Source of the DNA: Candidatus Latescibacterota bacterium | Lineage (GTDB): Bacteria; Latescibacterota; UBA2968; UBA8231 | Assembly: GCA_965203175.1 (NCBI GenBank) | Contig: OZ241867.1 | Location: 224,001 to 288,000 of the forward strand | Direction of reading: 5' to 3' | Length of the DNA stretch: 64,000 nucleotides | Shown: positions 24,223 to 35,916 of the stretch, piece after piece | How the letters are laid out: every line of letters begins with the position of its first letter | Position numbering within the stretch: position 1 is the first letter of the stretch | Made by a program: the position numbers and the translations under genes | Notes under the pieces: generated by a model | The model's database searches: none | What the model was told of the DNA's origin: nothing | Seen by the model: only the letters and a program-made list of their open reading frames with translations

Positions 24223-25665
24223 TCAGACGATACTCAAGCGAAAGAACATCACGGAAATGGCAGTGCCCTTAGCTATTCCCGGTAAGAGGCCGCCGCGCAT
24301 GGCGAGGCTGGTCTCCAAGAAGCGGATCTGCATGGACGACAGCACAAACGGACCGAAGCCAAAGCCGACCGCCGAGCTGCTGCTCCGCCCGCCCAACGAC
24401 AGGCCAATGCGGGCCGGCAACCAGTCCGCCAACCAGTACTCGACTCCGCCGGCCAGCCGCGGCCGAGTCCGCATCCCAAACTTGGAGCTGAACGCCTGGT
24501 CCCAATTGCCAACCACCGTTAGCTGGGGCTTGGCCTGATAGGCCACTCCGAGCCGCAGCATGGCCGGTAGCGAGCGCGAGAACGGCTTTTGGCTGATCTG
24601 CTTGGTAAAGTCTGGATCGCCGTCGCCGTCGAAATCCGGGTTGTCGAATACTTCCTCAATGGACCGCGAGTCCGCGTCCAAAAAACGGGAGATGCGCAGT
24701 TCGTTGGTCGCAAGGAAAATGGAATCTTGGCGCACTTCCTCATTCCAAGAGAAGGTGTCGATCAAGTTGAGCGCACTGAAGCTGAAGGTCGTCTTGCGAT
24801 TTTTGGCTCGGCCAGCAATGCCGACGTCGATGCCAACGCCGACGCCCATTTTGGCGTGCTGGGCAATCAGCCAAGCATCCGCTTCGGCACCGCCGACATG
24901 GGCTACCAGTCCGGTGCCGCCGGATTCGATAATCTCTCCGTAGCTACCCATCGAGAGCTTGAGCGTACTGCCGACTGTGAACTCGCTTAGATAGGGCGCG
25001 AGACGCGCAGGCAGTGCGGGCTTCGCAACGGCGACATTGAGCGTACCCACCGCCCACCCCGATCCATTCCAGTCGCTGATGTCGTACCCTTCGCTCTTGC
25101 CGGCCGCCAAGCGGTCCTCCGCAAACTCATTGCCAAAAAAGAAAAGCTCTAACACGTCCTTGGGAATTTCGCTCTCGACCCCGCTGGTAAATCCCACGGC
25201 AATAGCCGAGCGCACTTCCTCGACTGCAAAGGCCACACCTCCGTTGAGCGGGAGACCCGCGACGACCGTCGGCTCGATATCCCCGTTCATGCGCAGGCCC
25301 GCATCTGGGATGTCGGCGAGCAGGTTCTTTTTCTCCACCGGGCTGATGTAGTACGGACTGCCGTTGGGAGATACGTTATCGTTGGCAGCCGTGAAGTTGG
25401 CGTTGTATGTGGCGACTGAAAAACTGTTGTTTTCGACAGCCAAGCAAAGACCCGCGCCGAGCAAGTCCCAAGAAAACTTGCGGCTGTCCGACAGAGCTAA
25501 ATTCGCCGGATTCCAAAACACGGCTTCCGGCCCCCGGGCCAGTGCCGTATAGGCTTGACCCAGCGCCATGGCCCGTGGACTGGCGTCGCCGGGGACGGCG
25601 GCCACCTGCCTGTAAGCCCCGGCGATGAGCAGGGCCGCTATAATAATCAATCCCTTGCCTTGCAT
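24223..25665 (-). CDS. Outer-membrane beta-barrel (DUF5723/FadL-PorV-like)
   Basis: Signal peptide, PRAMALGQAYTALARG..AVFWNPANL, GIDVG, LPAMLRLGVAY, amphipathic strands. Confidence 0.7.
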   Translation of the reverse strand: MQGKGLIIIAALLIAGAYRQVAAVPGDASPRAMALGQAYTALARGPEAVFWNPANLALSDSRKFSWDLLGAGLCLAVENNSFSVATYNANFTAANDNVSPNGSPYYISPVEKKNLLADIPDAGLRMNGDIEPTVVAGLPLNGGVAFAVEEVRSAIAVGFTSGVESEIPKDVLELFFFGNEFAEDRLAAGKSEGYDISDWNGSGWAVGTLNVAVAKPALPARLAPYLSEFTVGSTLKLSMGSYGEIIESGGTGLVAHVGGAEADAWLIAQHAKMGVGVGIDVGIAGRAKNRKTTFSFSALNLIDTFSWNEEVRQDSIFLATNELRISRFLDADSRSIEEVFDNPDFDGDGDPDFTKQISQKPFSRSLPAMLRLGVAYQAKPQLTVVGNWDQAFSSKFGMRTRPRLAGGVEYWLADWLPARIGLSLGGRSSSSAVGFGFGPFVLSSMQIRFLETSLAMRGGLLPGIAKGTAISVMFFRLSIV

Positions 25666-25672
25666 CTGCGCC

Positions 25673-27241
25673 CTACTTGACCAAGTCCTTGTTGAACTCC
25701 ATGAAAATCACCGCCCCAGCTTCTACGGCGACGAAGTCGCTCCCCCGCATCACTACCTCGCGCGGTGTCTTGTCCAGCTCGACCAGCATGCCCGTATAGA
25801 CGCCTTCCTCCCGCAGAAAGACCTCCACGTCTTCGTCCGAGAGCGCGATCCGTTGGTGGCTGAATGCACTTGTCACAACCTGTCCTTCGGGACCTACCTC
25901 GCCAGCCCCCACTGCAAAGGAACCCTGCTTGGGAATCCGCAGATAGCCGTTGGCTTCGTTATCGGTGAACAGGTCTTTGCTGCCGTACACATCCTCGGCC
26001 CTCGGCGCGACCCACAGACTGACGCGGATCGCAGTGGGCAGGTGATTTTCAATCGCGGTAACTGCAACGGCACTGTCGAGGCCAGCGTGGATGCGGCGGC
26101 GGGCATCGTCGTCCTGTAGGCGGCGAAAGATCGGATCGAACTCGATGTGGGTGTTTTCTTTTAGCTGAAAATAGCCCCGCGTAGCAAAGCGGACGTGGTC
26201 GATCTGCACCCAATGATCGGAATCGATTACCTCCACGGACTCGCCGTCGCCAATGCGCACGGTCGGCGAGACCGCGACTTCGGTCGGCAGCAGGTTGAGA
26301 AACTCGGTCAGCTCTGCGGAGGCCAACGACAAGGTGAGCGATACTGGGCGATCTGGGTCGCCGCGCTGGAATATTTCGGAAATCGTCAGGGAATCCCGCT
26401 CGCCGTGGCTATTGATACCCGCGATGTGAAGGTCAATGCGGCTGCGGAAACCAACTCCTGACGTCAGGCCGACTTCCAAGGCGACCGAGTTGAAGGCGAT
26501 CTGATCTAAGCCCGAAGGGAAATTGACCGCGCGGGCGACCGGAGCGACTGGCAGGATGACTTCGTTGAGCACCCCCTCGACGCGGCTAAGTAGCAAATCC
26601 TCGGTTTCGACCTCCAGCAATAGCTCGTTGGTGGCGGCCTCTGCGAACTCGCCCTGCACTCGGTATGAGAACTGTAATTCAAGGGGATTCTGCGGGGCAA
26701 ATTCGCTGCCAGCTAAGTCAAAGGGCACCACCTTGCTCTCGCTAGGGGCGAGCGCGTCGATGAGGAAGGCAGGGGGCGTACCGTCCGGCCTTTTGACATC
26801 GTCCAAGACCAGCTCGACCTGCAAGGGAATCGCAGTCTGGTTAGTCGCCTTGAGGGTCAGGCCGCCCTCGGCGATGATCGCGTGCGCGATTTGGATGCGG
26901 TCGTCGACGAAGGCGAGGACCTCGGTCTTGGCCATCGCACCGTCAGCCGGCTCAATCGGCACCGCCAAGGCAGCAGAGACGGGCGCGACGCGAAGGCGGT
27001 CGCCAACTTCTTCGCGATGATTGAAGTCCGCTGTAAAATCTACCGCGAGCAGGCCCTCGTCGTCTATCTTCAGGAAGCCGGGGCGCTCGTCGGCCAAGTC
27101 CTGAACCGTCGTTCGGTCGTCGGCAACCGGGATGCTGATCTGGAAATTGGTGCTGGGAATTTGGGGGGGATGTACCTCGCAGCCCGTCAACGCTCCAGCC
27201 CCTAGGAGTGCACCTAACCATCGGCACGGCACGGCATTCAT
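25673..27241 (-). CDS. Hypothetical beta-rich lipoprotein
   Basis: Lipobox LTGC; beta-rich; 7 nt from the downstream barrel gene. Confidence 0.7.
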   Translation of the reverse strand: MNAVPCRWLGALLGAGALTGCEVHPPQIPSTNFQISIPVADDRTTVQDLADERPGFLKIDDEGLLAVDFTADFNHREEVGDRLRVAPVSAALAVPIEPADGAMAKTEVLAFVDDRIQIAHAIIAEGGLTLKATNQTAIPLQVELVLDDVKRPDGTPPAFLIDALAPSESKVVPFDLAGSEFAPQNPLELQFSYRVQGEFAEAATNELLLEVETEDLLLSRVEGVLNEVILPVAPVARAVNFPSGLDQIAFNSVALEVGLTSGVGFRSRIDLHIAGINSHGERDSLTISEIFQRGDPDRPVSLTLSLASAELTEFLNLLPTEVAVSPTVRIGDGESVEVIDSDHWVQIDHVRFATRGYFQLKENTHIEFDPIFRRLQDDDARRRIHAGLDSAVAVTAIENHLPTAIRVSLWVAPRAEDVYGSKDLFTDNEANGYLRIPKQGSFAVGAGEVGPEGQVVTSAFSHQRIALSDEDVEVFLREEGVYTGMLVELDKTPREVVMRGSDFVAVEAGAVIFMEFNKDLVK

Positions 27242-27263
27242 CTGCTACTAGCCGCCCAAGGCC

Positions 27264-28430
<1,167 letters not shown>

Positions 28431-28449
28431 AGTGTATTCTCAAGCTCCT

Positions 28450-30216
28450 TCAGTGATACCTCTGACGCCAGAAGGGTACGTACTCGCCGACGGCATCTCC
28501 CAAGTGCTCGCGCACCTCAGTTCCAGTGTCCATGGCCAAGCATTCGTCGGCGATCTCCCGCGCCTTTTCCGCGTGAATAGCGCGAATGACCTCCTTGACT
28601 TCCGGAATGAGACCGGGGCTTAGACTCAGACAATTTAGCCCGAGACCAAGCAAGAGCGTCGTGGCCAAGGGGTCGCCGGCCATCTCGCCGCAGATGCTCA
28701 CGGGCGTGTTGGTGCGCTGGCCGCTGTCGGCGACCATCTTGATCAAGCGCAAGACCGCCGGGTGAAACGGGTCGTAGAGCCAAGCCACTTTGCTCATGCC
28801 GCGATCTACGGCCAATGCGTACTGGGTCAGGTCGTTGGTGCCGAGGCTAAAAAAATCTACTTCGCCGGCAAAGTGATCGGCCATCAAAGCCACGGACGGC
28901 ACTTCGACCATAATGCCCAACTTGCAATGCTCGGCAAAGGGCCGCCCCGCCGCTCGCAACTCGTCTTTGGCTTCCTCCACTAGCACCCGGATGCGCCGCA
29001 GTTCGTTCAAGCTAGATATCATTGGCAACAAAATTTGCGCCTCGCCGCGTACTCCGGCTCTGAGCAGGGCGCGCAACTGCGTCTTGAACAGATCTGGGGT
29101 ATCGAGACAAATGCGGATGCCGCGCCACCCCAAGAAGGGGTTGGCCTCGGGCGGCACCTCCAAGACGTGGGACAGCTTATCGCCTCCCAAATCCATGGTG
29201 CGAATCACTACGGGATGCGGGACCAGCGATTCGACGAGGGCGGAATAGACTTTGAACTGCTCCTCCTCGGAGGGTAAGCGGTAGTTGAGATACAGGAACT
29301 CGGTGCGGTACATGCCCACGCCGTTAGCGCCGTTGTCGAGCGCCATCTGTACTTCGGTCTGCACATCGACGTTGGCCATCAATGCGATTTCCTTCCCATC
29401 TTGAGTAACAGCGGGCAAGTTGCGACGCCGCTCTAGGTTGCGCTCGCGCCGCAGTTGACGCCGGCGACGCGCCCGATAGCGGCGCTCGCCGAGAGCATCG
29501 GGCCGCAGATGGACCTGGCCTTCGTTGCCATCGACGACCACCAAGTCGCCGTCTGCTACTTGCTGCGAACAGTCGCCAGTGCCAACTACCGTGGGTAGCT
29601 GCAACGAGCGGGCGATGATGGCCGCGTGCGAAGCCGCGCCGCCGGCATCGAGCACCACGCCTTTAATCCGGCGGCGCTCTAAGCGCACCATCTCCGAGGG
29701 CAGCAAGTCGTGGGCTAGGACAATCGTGTTGGCGCGGAGCGAATCGAGTGCTTTGACTTCGCCCCCTGCTAACCGCATCAATACCTGATTTTCGATGTCT
29801 GCGATGTCGCTTACCCTCGCCCGCAGGTATTCGTTCTCAATGCTGCCGAAGGCCTCTTTGACTTTCTCCAGTTCCTCGGCGTACGCCCGCTCGGCCGAAT
29901 AGTGCTTTTCGAGGATCAATCCCTCGGTGCGCTCTATGATGGATGAGTCCTCTAGCATGGCTAGCTGGGCGTCGAATATCTGCGCCAGTTCCTCGCCCTG
30001 CTCGCTGGCGACCCAGCGGCGAATGCGCCGAATCTCGTCCCCAGCCTGGTGGAGTATGTTGCGAAAGCGCTCGATCTCCTCCCCAACCAGATACGGCGCA
30101 ACGCGCTGGCGAGTAATAACCGGGGCCTGCTTGTCGTATGCGAAAGCCCGGCCAATGCCAATACCGGGAGAAACGCATATACCATCGAAAACCCTATGTT
30201 CACTGGTCGCGGTCAA
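28450..30216 (-). CDS. ptsI: PTS enzyme I
   Basis: SHAAIIARS phospho-His, YRTEFL, EANPFLGWRGIR, GTNDLTQY, CGEMAGDP. Confidence 0.96.
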   Translation of the reverse strand: MTATSEHRVFDGICVSPGIGIGRAFAYDKQAPVITRQRVAPYLVGEEIERFRNILHQAGDEIRRIRRWVASEQGEELAQIFDAQLAMLEDSSIIERTEGLILEKHYSAERAYAEELEKVKEAFGSIENEYLRARVSDIADIENQVLMRLAGGEVKALDSLRANTIVLAHDLLPSEMVRLERRRIKGVVLDAGGAASHAAIIARSLQLPTVVGTGDCSQQVADGDLVVVDGNEGQVHLRPDALGERRYRARRRRQLRRERNLERRRNLPAVTQDGKEIALMANVDVQTEVQMALDNGANGVGMYRTEFLYLNYRLPSEEEQFKVYSALVESLVPHPVVIRTMDLGGDKLSHVLEVPPEANPFLGWRGIRICLDTPDLFKTQLRALLRAGVRGEAQILLPMISSLNELRRIRVLVEEAKDELRAAGRPFAEHCKLGIMVEVPSVALMADHFAGEVDFFSLGTNDLTQYALAVDRGMSKVAWLYDPFHPAVLRLIKMVADSGQRTNTPVSICGEMAGDPLATTLLLGLGLNCLSLSPGLIPEVKEVIRAIHAEKAREIADECLAMDTGTEVREHLGDAVGEYVPFWRQRYH

Positions 30217-30485
30217 ATTTGCCCCTCGAATGTGCTCTCTAGCAGTGAGACCATGGCCTCGACGGCCGCGTCCTCGTCCTCGCCCTCGGCCCGGACGTCG
30301 ACTTGGGCACCTTGCTCGGCGGCCAGCATCATCACGCCCATGATGCTCTTGCCGTTGACCCCATCGACTTCGCCTTTAGACAGGTAAATCTCGGCCTTGA
30401 ATTTCGCCGCTGTCTGTACCAAAAGCGCGGCTGGACGAGCGTGAATACCCAGTGGATTGTTGATCGTGGCCGTCTTTTCAACCAT
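30213..30485 (-). CDS. ptsH: Phosphocarrier HPr
   Basis: GIHARPA and NGKSIMGVMML. Confidence 0.96.
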   Translation of the reverse strand: MVEKTATINNPLGIHARPAALLVQTAAKFKAEIYLSKGEVDGVNGKSIMGVMMLAAEQGAQVDVRAEGEDEDAAVEAMVSLLESTFEGQI

Positions 30486-30505
30486 GGCCTATTGCTTTAC
30501 TCCTA

Positions 30506-31252
30506 TCATTCTTTTGCGTGTACTGCTCGGCTCAGAGCGCACAGGCGCTGCTGATCGTCTTCGACGACACTGCCCGTGACGACGAAGCCCGCGCCGGCCT
30601 CTACCTTGGCCCGCGCCACCCCCGGGTCGCGGATGCCACCGCCAACGACGACCGGCACCGAAACACAATCGGCGACCGCGCTCACCATTTCGTCGGGCAC
30701 AGAAGCGCACGCACCGCTGCCGGTCTCTAGATAAATAAGCCGCATGCCCAAGTACTCGGCCGCCAAGGCGTGGGCCATGGCGATGTCGATCTTGTCGCGC
30801 GGAATGGGCCGAGTATCGCTCATAAATTCCACGGATGTCAAGGTCCCCGACTCGACCAGCATATACCCAGTGGGGATGGTCTCAATGCCGTACTCGTGGA
30901 TCAAGGGAGCGGCCTTGACGTGCTCGCCGATCAAGAGCTCGGGGTTGCGCCCGCTGACCAGCGACAGAAAAAGGATCGCATCGGCTGTCGGCACCACTTG
31001 GCCCGAACTCCCTGGGAAGCTGATCACCGGCACATCGACCTTGGCTCGGACGCGCTCGAAACAGACCGCGTTGCGCGACGAAAACATCAGGCTCGTGCCG
31101 ATGAGGATGGCATCGGCCCCGGCTGCAACGCAGAGCTGGGCGCGATCCTCCAATTCGTCTGGAGCCAATCGATCTGGATCTAGCAAGGGCAGGTAGCCTG
31201 CGCCACGGCGGTGGCGGATGTCTAGTAGGTGTTGCAATACACTGCTAGTCAC
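30506..31252 (-). CDS. Geranylgeranylglyceryl/heptaprenylglyceryl phosphate synthase (group II-like)
   Basis: LLDPD, FPGS, FLSLVSGRNPELLIGEHV, PTGYMLVESG, YLETGSGA, VGGGIR. Confidence 0.9.
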   Translation of the reverse strand: MTSSVLQHLLDIRHRRGAGYLPLLDPDRLAPDELEDRAQLCVAAGADAILIGTSLMFSSRNAVCFERVRAKVDVPVISFPGSSGQVVPTADAILFLSLVSGRNPELLIGEHVKAAPLIHEYGIETIPTGYMLVESGTLTSVEFMSDTRPIPRDKIDIAMAHALAAEYLGMRLIYLETGSGACASVPDEMVSAVADCVSVPVVVGGGIRDPGVARAKVEAGAGFVVTGSVVEDDQQRLCALSRAVHAKE

Positions 31253-31264
31253 GAATCAGCTCGC

Positions 31265-33874
31265 CTATTTTAGCTGCTGCTCGACGATGCCCGCCACTTG
31301 CTCTAGCGCCTCGTCAAGTTTGCCCGGATCGCGTCCGCCCGCCTGGGCCAAATGCGGCTTGCCGCCACCCGAACCGCCGGCTAGCTGCGCCACCCCGCGC
31401 ACAATATCGCCGGCCTTCAGTCCACGGTCTTTGATCAGATCGTCGGTAACAACGGCAATAAAGGAAACCTTGCCGCTGATATCCGCCCCCAACACACCAA
31501 CTCCCGATCCCAAGCTCTCGCGCAGTCCGTCGGCCATGGCCCGCAGACTGGGCACATCCTCTGCCTCAGTGCGTCGCGCCACAACCCGGACTCCTTCTAC
31601 TTCGCGTGCCCCATTCGACAGATCGCTCGTCTCTAGCGCTGCGACCCGGCGTCGCAATTCGTCGAGGGATCGTTCCAACTGGCGGTTGCGCCCCAAGAGC
31701 GCCTCGATTTTGTCCGCTAATTCTTCGGGCGCGGCGTTGAGCCGAGTGCCCAAGTCCGCCAACACCTGCCGCCGTTGGCGCGCGGCCCGCTCGGCTCCTT
31801 CGCCGGTCAATGCCTCGCTGCGCCGGACGCCAGCGGCAATGCCGCTTTCGGAGAGCAAATCGAATGCGCCAATCTCGCCGGTCGAGCGCACGTGGGTACC
31901 CCCGCATAGCTCTAAGCTAAAGTCGCCAATGCGCACCACGCGAACCTGATCCTCGTATTTTTCGCCAAAGAGCGCTTGCGCCCCCATGGCCTTGGCCTTT
32001 TCCAATTCCTCTTGAAAAGCACTCACTTCCAGGTCTGCGCGAATCTGTTCGTTGACCCGCTCCTCGATTTCTCGCAACTGCTCAGGCTCTACCGCGGCGA
32101 AATGCGAAAAGTCAAAGCGCAAGCGGTCCGGTGCGACCAGCGAACCCATCTGTCCTACGTGGTCGCCGAGCGTCCGCCGCAACGACTCATGCAATAAATG
32201 GGTCGCCGTGTGGTTGCGCTCGGCGTCCATGCGAGCTTGGCGATCGACGCGGGCGACGACTGTACCGGTCAATGCTCCAGTCTCACCTTCCACTAAGCGA
32301 CCTCTATGGACGATGCCGCCGCGCGCCTTCTGTACGTCTTCGACTTCGACGGCAAAACCGTTGCCCTCGATTCTCCCTCGGTCGCCGACCTGCCCCCCCG
32401 CCTCAGCGTAGAAAGGGGTCGAGTCCAGCACGAGCCACACTCGGTCGTCTTCATCCTCGCCGGTAAGCACCACTTGAGCGTCTATTTCCAACTCGTCGTA
32501 GCCGACGAAGAGCGAATGCCCTTCCTCCAGTATATCGCCGACGCCTTCGGTGGCGCTAAACTGGGCACGGGTGGCCTGACGCGCCCGCTGCCGCTGGGCT
32601 TCAAGCGCGTGATCGAATTCCTCCCGTTCAACGAAGGGGATCCCCTGTTCACGAGCCATTAGCTCTGTCAGGTCCAGCGGAAAACCATAGGTGTCGTAGA
32701 GCTGGAAGGCATCGCCACCTGTAATCTGTCCCTTAGCGGCGAACCGCGCGAAGATGTCCAAGCCGCGGTCGAGGGTCTTACCAAAACTCTCTTCCTCGGA
32801 GTAGATGACTCCGGCAATGTGATCCTTCCTAGCAGCAACCTCCGGGAAGACGTGACCCATAGTTTCGCCCAACGTACCAACCAACTGATGAATGAAGGGA
32901 TCGTGTTGATCGAGCTGGCGGGCGTAGCGCGCGGCGCGGCGCAGGATGCGGCGCAGGACGTACCCACGGCCCTCGTTGGAGGGCATTGCACCATCGGCCA
33001 TAGTGAAGCTGAGCGCGCGGACGTGGTCGGCGATAACCTGCATGGGAACGCGGTGTTCGCCGCCGTACTCTTTGCCCGTCAATTCGGCAATGCGGCCGAT
33101 AAGCGGCTGGAAGACATCAGTCTCGTAGTTGTTCTCGGCCCCTTGTAAAAGGCTGCACATCCGCTCAAAGCCCATGCCCGTATCCACGTGCTTCTCAGGC
33201 AGTGGTTGCAGCGCCCCGGTCTCGTCGCGGTTGTACTGGATAAAGACCAAGTTCCAGATTTCGACCAAATCGCCCGTATCGTCGATGAGCATACGGCTGT
33301 CCTGCGCGTCCAGATCGTCGCCCAAATAGTAATGGATCTCGGAGCAAGGGCCGCAGGGGCCGGTCGCGCCCATTTCCCAGAAGTTTTCCTTGGCCGGCAA
33401 GCGCACGACGCGGCCCGGCAGTAGGTCGGTACATTCATACCAGAACGCCTCTGCCTCCACGTCGGCTTCTACCGCGTCATCACCCACAAAGACAGTGGCC
33501 CAGAGCCGCTCCTTTTCCAAACCAAAGTGATCGGTAATCAACTCCCAGCCCCACTCAATGGCCTCTTTTTTGAAGTAATCGCCAAAGGACCAGTTGCCCA
33601 ACATCTCAAAGAAGGTGTGGTGCCAAGGGCTGTAGCCGACTTCGTCGAGGTCGTTGTGCTTGCCCGAGACCCGCATGACCTTCTGCGTATCAACCGCCCG
33701 GGTGTAGTCGCGCCGACCCAAGCCCAAGAAGACATCCTTGAACTGGTTCATGCCGGCGTTGGTAAAATAGAGGGTGGGGTCGTCTTGCGGCACGACCGGC
33801 GCGCTTGGTACGCGCACGTGGTTCTTACCTTCGAAAAAACGGAGGAACGCCTCCCTAATCTCCCTCGACTTCAT
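31265..33874 (-). CDS. alaS: Alanine--tRNA ligase
   Basis: FTNAGMNQFK, HHTFFEMLGNWSFGDYFK, NHTATHLL, ELCGGTHV, GGGKP. Confidence 0.98.
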   Translation of the reverse strand: MKSREIREAFLRFFEGKNHVRVPSAPVVPQDDPTLYFTNAGMNQFKDVFLGLGRRDYTRAVDTQKVMRVSGKHNDLDEVGYSPWHHTFFEMLGNWSFGDYFKKEAIEWGWELITDHFGLEKERLWATVFVGDDAVEADVEAEAFWYECTDLLPGRVVRLPAKENFWEMGATGPCGPCSEIHYYLGDDLDAQDSRMLIDDTGDLVEIWNLVFIQYNRDETGALQPLPEKHVDTGMGFERMCSLLQGAENNYETDVFQPLIGRIAELTGKEYGGEHRVPMQVIADHVRALSFTMADGAMPSNEGRGYVLRRILRRAARYARQLDQHDPFIHQLVGTLGETMGHVFPEVAARKDHIAGVIYSEEESFGKTLDRGLDIFARFAAKGQITGGDAFQLYDTYGFPLDLTELMAREQGIPFVEREEFDHALEAQRQRARQATRAQFSATEGVGDILEEGHSLFVGYDELEIDAQVVLTGEDEDDRVWLVLDSTPFYAEAGGQVGDRGRIEGNGFAVEVEDVQKARGGIVHRGRLVEGETGALTGTVVARVDRQARMDAERNHTATHLLHESLRRTLGDHVGQMGSLVAPDRLRFDFSHFAAVEPEQLREIEERVNEQIRADLEVSAFQEELEKAKAMGAQALFGEKYEDQVRVVRIGDFSLELCGGTHVRSTGEIGAFDLLSESGIAAGVRRSEALTGEGAERAARQRRQVLADLGTRLNAAPEELADKIEALLGRNRQLERSLDELRRRVAALETSDLSNGAREVEGVRVVARRTEAEDVPSLRAMADGLRESLGSGVGVLGADISGKVSFIAVVTDDLIKDRGLKAGDIVRGVAQLAGGSGGGKPHLAQAGGRDPGKLDEALEQVAGIVEQQLK

Positions 33875-34343
33875 TGGCTAACTCCTGCCATACCTGTTCA
33901 ACCGCTGCTCTGGCCATTTCCTGATCACAACCGCGCCGGGCCAACAAGCCCAGCATCCGACGCTTGGCCTTGTCGGGAGCCAATCCCCGGTAGCGCCAAG
34001 CCTGCTTGCTCAATAGTTCGACCGCCCGTTCACTCGAATCGAGCACTCCGGCATACTCGGCGATGATCTCGTCAATTACACCTGTGGCCACGCCTTTGTG
34101 CCTGAGGTCTTGGGCTAGTTTACGCGCACCATTGGCCCGCTGCAACCGCGCCTCGATCCAGCGCCGGGCAAACTCGCGGTCGTCGAGGAGCTTCTGGCGC
34201 TGTAAGTCGTCGACAACCTCGGCGACAACCTCGGCGGCAAAGTCCTTCTCCTTTAGCTTGTCGCGCACCTCTGCTACGGATCGCGCCCGATAGCTGAGAT
34301 AGCGATAGGCGGCGTCCTTGGCCTTTTGCAGTTGGTCCTCCAC
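33855..34343 (-). CDS. recX: Regulatory protein RecX
   Basis: AYRYLSYRARS..E, LLDDREFA, LARRG; directly after recA. Confidence 0.9.
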   Translation of the reverse strand: MEDQLQKAKDAAYRYLSYRARSVAEVRDKLKEKDFAAEVVAEVVDDLQRQKLLDDREFARRWIEARLQRANGARKLAQDLRHKGVATGVIDEIIAEYAGVLDSSERAVELLSKQAWRYRGLAPDKAKRRMLGLLARRGCDQEMARAAVEQVWQELANEVEGD

Positions 34344-35408
34344 TTATTCCCCTGCTTGGCTGGCCTCGTCTTGCCCTACCACAGCCTCAAGCCCCAACTC
34401 GTCGCGCAGCTTGTGTTCGATTTCCGCGGCAATCTCTGGATGCTCGCGCAAAAATTCCTTGGCGTTGTCCCGGCCCTGTCCCAAGCGCTCGCCGTTGTAG
34501 GAAAACCACGCGCCGCTCTTTTCAACAAGCCCCTTGTCAACGCCGATATCGACTAAGTCCCCCTCCCAAGATATGCCGATTGAGTCGCCGTGAAAGATCA
34601 GGTCGAATTCGGCTTCGCGAAAGGGGGGTGCTACTTTGTTTTTCACGACCTTGACCCGAGTGCGATTGCCGATATCGAGGTCTCCGTCTTTGACGCGGGC
34701 GATGCGGCGTATGTCGATGCGCACCGAGGAATAGAAGGGCAGGGCGCGCCCGCCGGTGGTGGTCTCCGGGTTGCCGAACATCACGCCGATCTTCATGCGT
34801 AGTTGATTAAGAAAAATCAGACACGTTTTCGAGCGATTGATGGAGCCGGCCAACTTGCGCAGAGCCTGGGACATCAGCCGCGCGTGCAACCCCATGTGCG
34901 AATCGCCCATATCGCCCTCCAACTCGGCCTGCGGCACCAGCGCGGCCACCGAATCGACCACGATGATATCGAAGGCACCGCTGCGCACCAAGGTATCGAC
35001 GATCTCGAGAGCCTGTTCGCCCGAATCCGGCTGCGATATGATTAGGTTTTCTACATCGACGCCAATGCGCCGGGCGAAGCTGACGTCAAGGGCGTGTTCG
35101 GCGTCGATAAAAGCCGCAGTGCCGTTCTGCTTTTGCGACTCGCGGATGGCGTGCAGCGAGAGCATGGTCTTGCCCGCCCCCTCTGGACCGGATATTTCGA
35201 CGATCCGCCCCTTGGGCAAGCCGCCGATGCCCAGCGCTGCATCTACAGCCAGCGATCCAGTAGAAATCGCCTCCACCTCTTGCACCCCACCCTCGTCCCC
35301 GAGGCGCATAATCGACCCCTTGCCGTACTGCTTTTCAATCTGCGACATTGCCAGTTCCAGCGCTCTAGCCTTGTTGCCGTCGGCACTGTGTCCGTTCGCT
35401 TTCGCCAT
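34344..35408 (-). CDS. recA: Recombinase A
   Basis: [35 protein letters not shown]; likely start MAKANG at 35408 with GGAG RBS. Confidence 0.98.
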   Translation of the reverse strand: MAKANGHSADGNKARALELAMSQIEKQYGKGSIMRLGDEGGVQEVEAISTGSLAVDAALGIGGLPKGRIVEISGPEGAGKTMLSLHAIRESQKQNGTAAFIDAEHALDVSFARRIGVDVENLIISQPDSGEQALEIVDTLVRSGAFDIIVVDSVAALVPQAELEGDMGDSHMGLHARLMSQALRKLAGSINRSKTCLIFLNQLRMKIGVMFGNPETTTGGRALPFYSSVRIDIRRIARVKDGDLDIGNRTRVKVVKNKVAPPFREAEFDLIFHGDSIGISWEGDLVDIGVDKGLVEKSGAWFSYNGERLGQGRDNAKEFLREHPEIAAEIEHKLRDELGLEAVVGQDEASQAGE

Positions 35409-35440
35409 GAAAATCTCCCCAAGTAAAGTGTGGTATCGGT

Positions 35441-35890
35441 CTAGCTCGCCCACTCGACCAAATAGGACGACGAGCGAATGACCACGTTGCTGTACAGGCC
35501 GGCGATCACGTCGTCGGCCACAATGCCCCATCCTCCGGGCAGGGCTTCTAGCTGCCGCGCTGGAGGCGGCTTGACAATATCGAAGGCGCGGAAGACGAAG
35601 AAACCCGCGATAACCGTCCCAGCGCTTGCGGGCAAAAATGCCACTGCAAAGAGAAAGCCCACTCCCTCGTCAACGACGACCTGTCCGGGGTCCTCGCCCC
35701 ATTCCGGGGCCGCCCGCCCCGCGCTGTACACCCCAATGGTCGAGGCGACCAAGAGCACACCGAGCCATTCCAGCATCCCCAACGGAGGGAAAAACAACCA
35801 GTATAACAGGGCGACGAACGCGGTACCAGCCGTACCGGGTGCCCATGGGGCATAACCAACAAAAAAGAGCGTAGCGATCAGTCGATTCAG
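35441..35890 (-). CDS. pgpA: Phosphatidylglycerophosphatase A (start uncertain)
   Basis: In-frame [12 protein letters not shown] lies upstream of the listed ORF; [24 protein letters not shown]. Confidence 0.85.
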   Translation of the reverse strand: MNRLIATLFFVGYAPWAPGTAGTAFVALLYWLFFPPLGMLEWLGVLLVASTIGVYSAGRAAPEWGEDPGQVVVDEGVGFLFAVAFLPASAGTVIAGFFVFRAFDIVKPPPARQLEALPGGWGIVADDVIAGLYSNVVIRSSSYLVEWAS

Positions 35891-35916
35891 AAGAAACGCG
35901 TTCCTCTACGCCGCGC

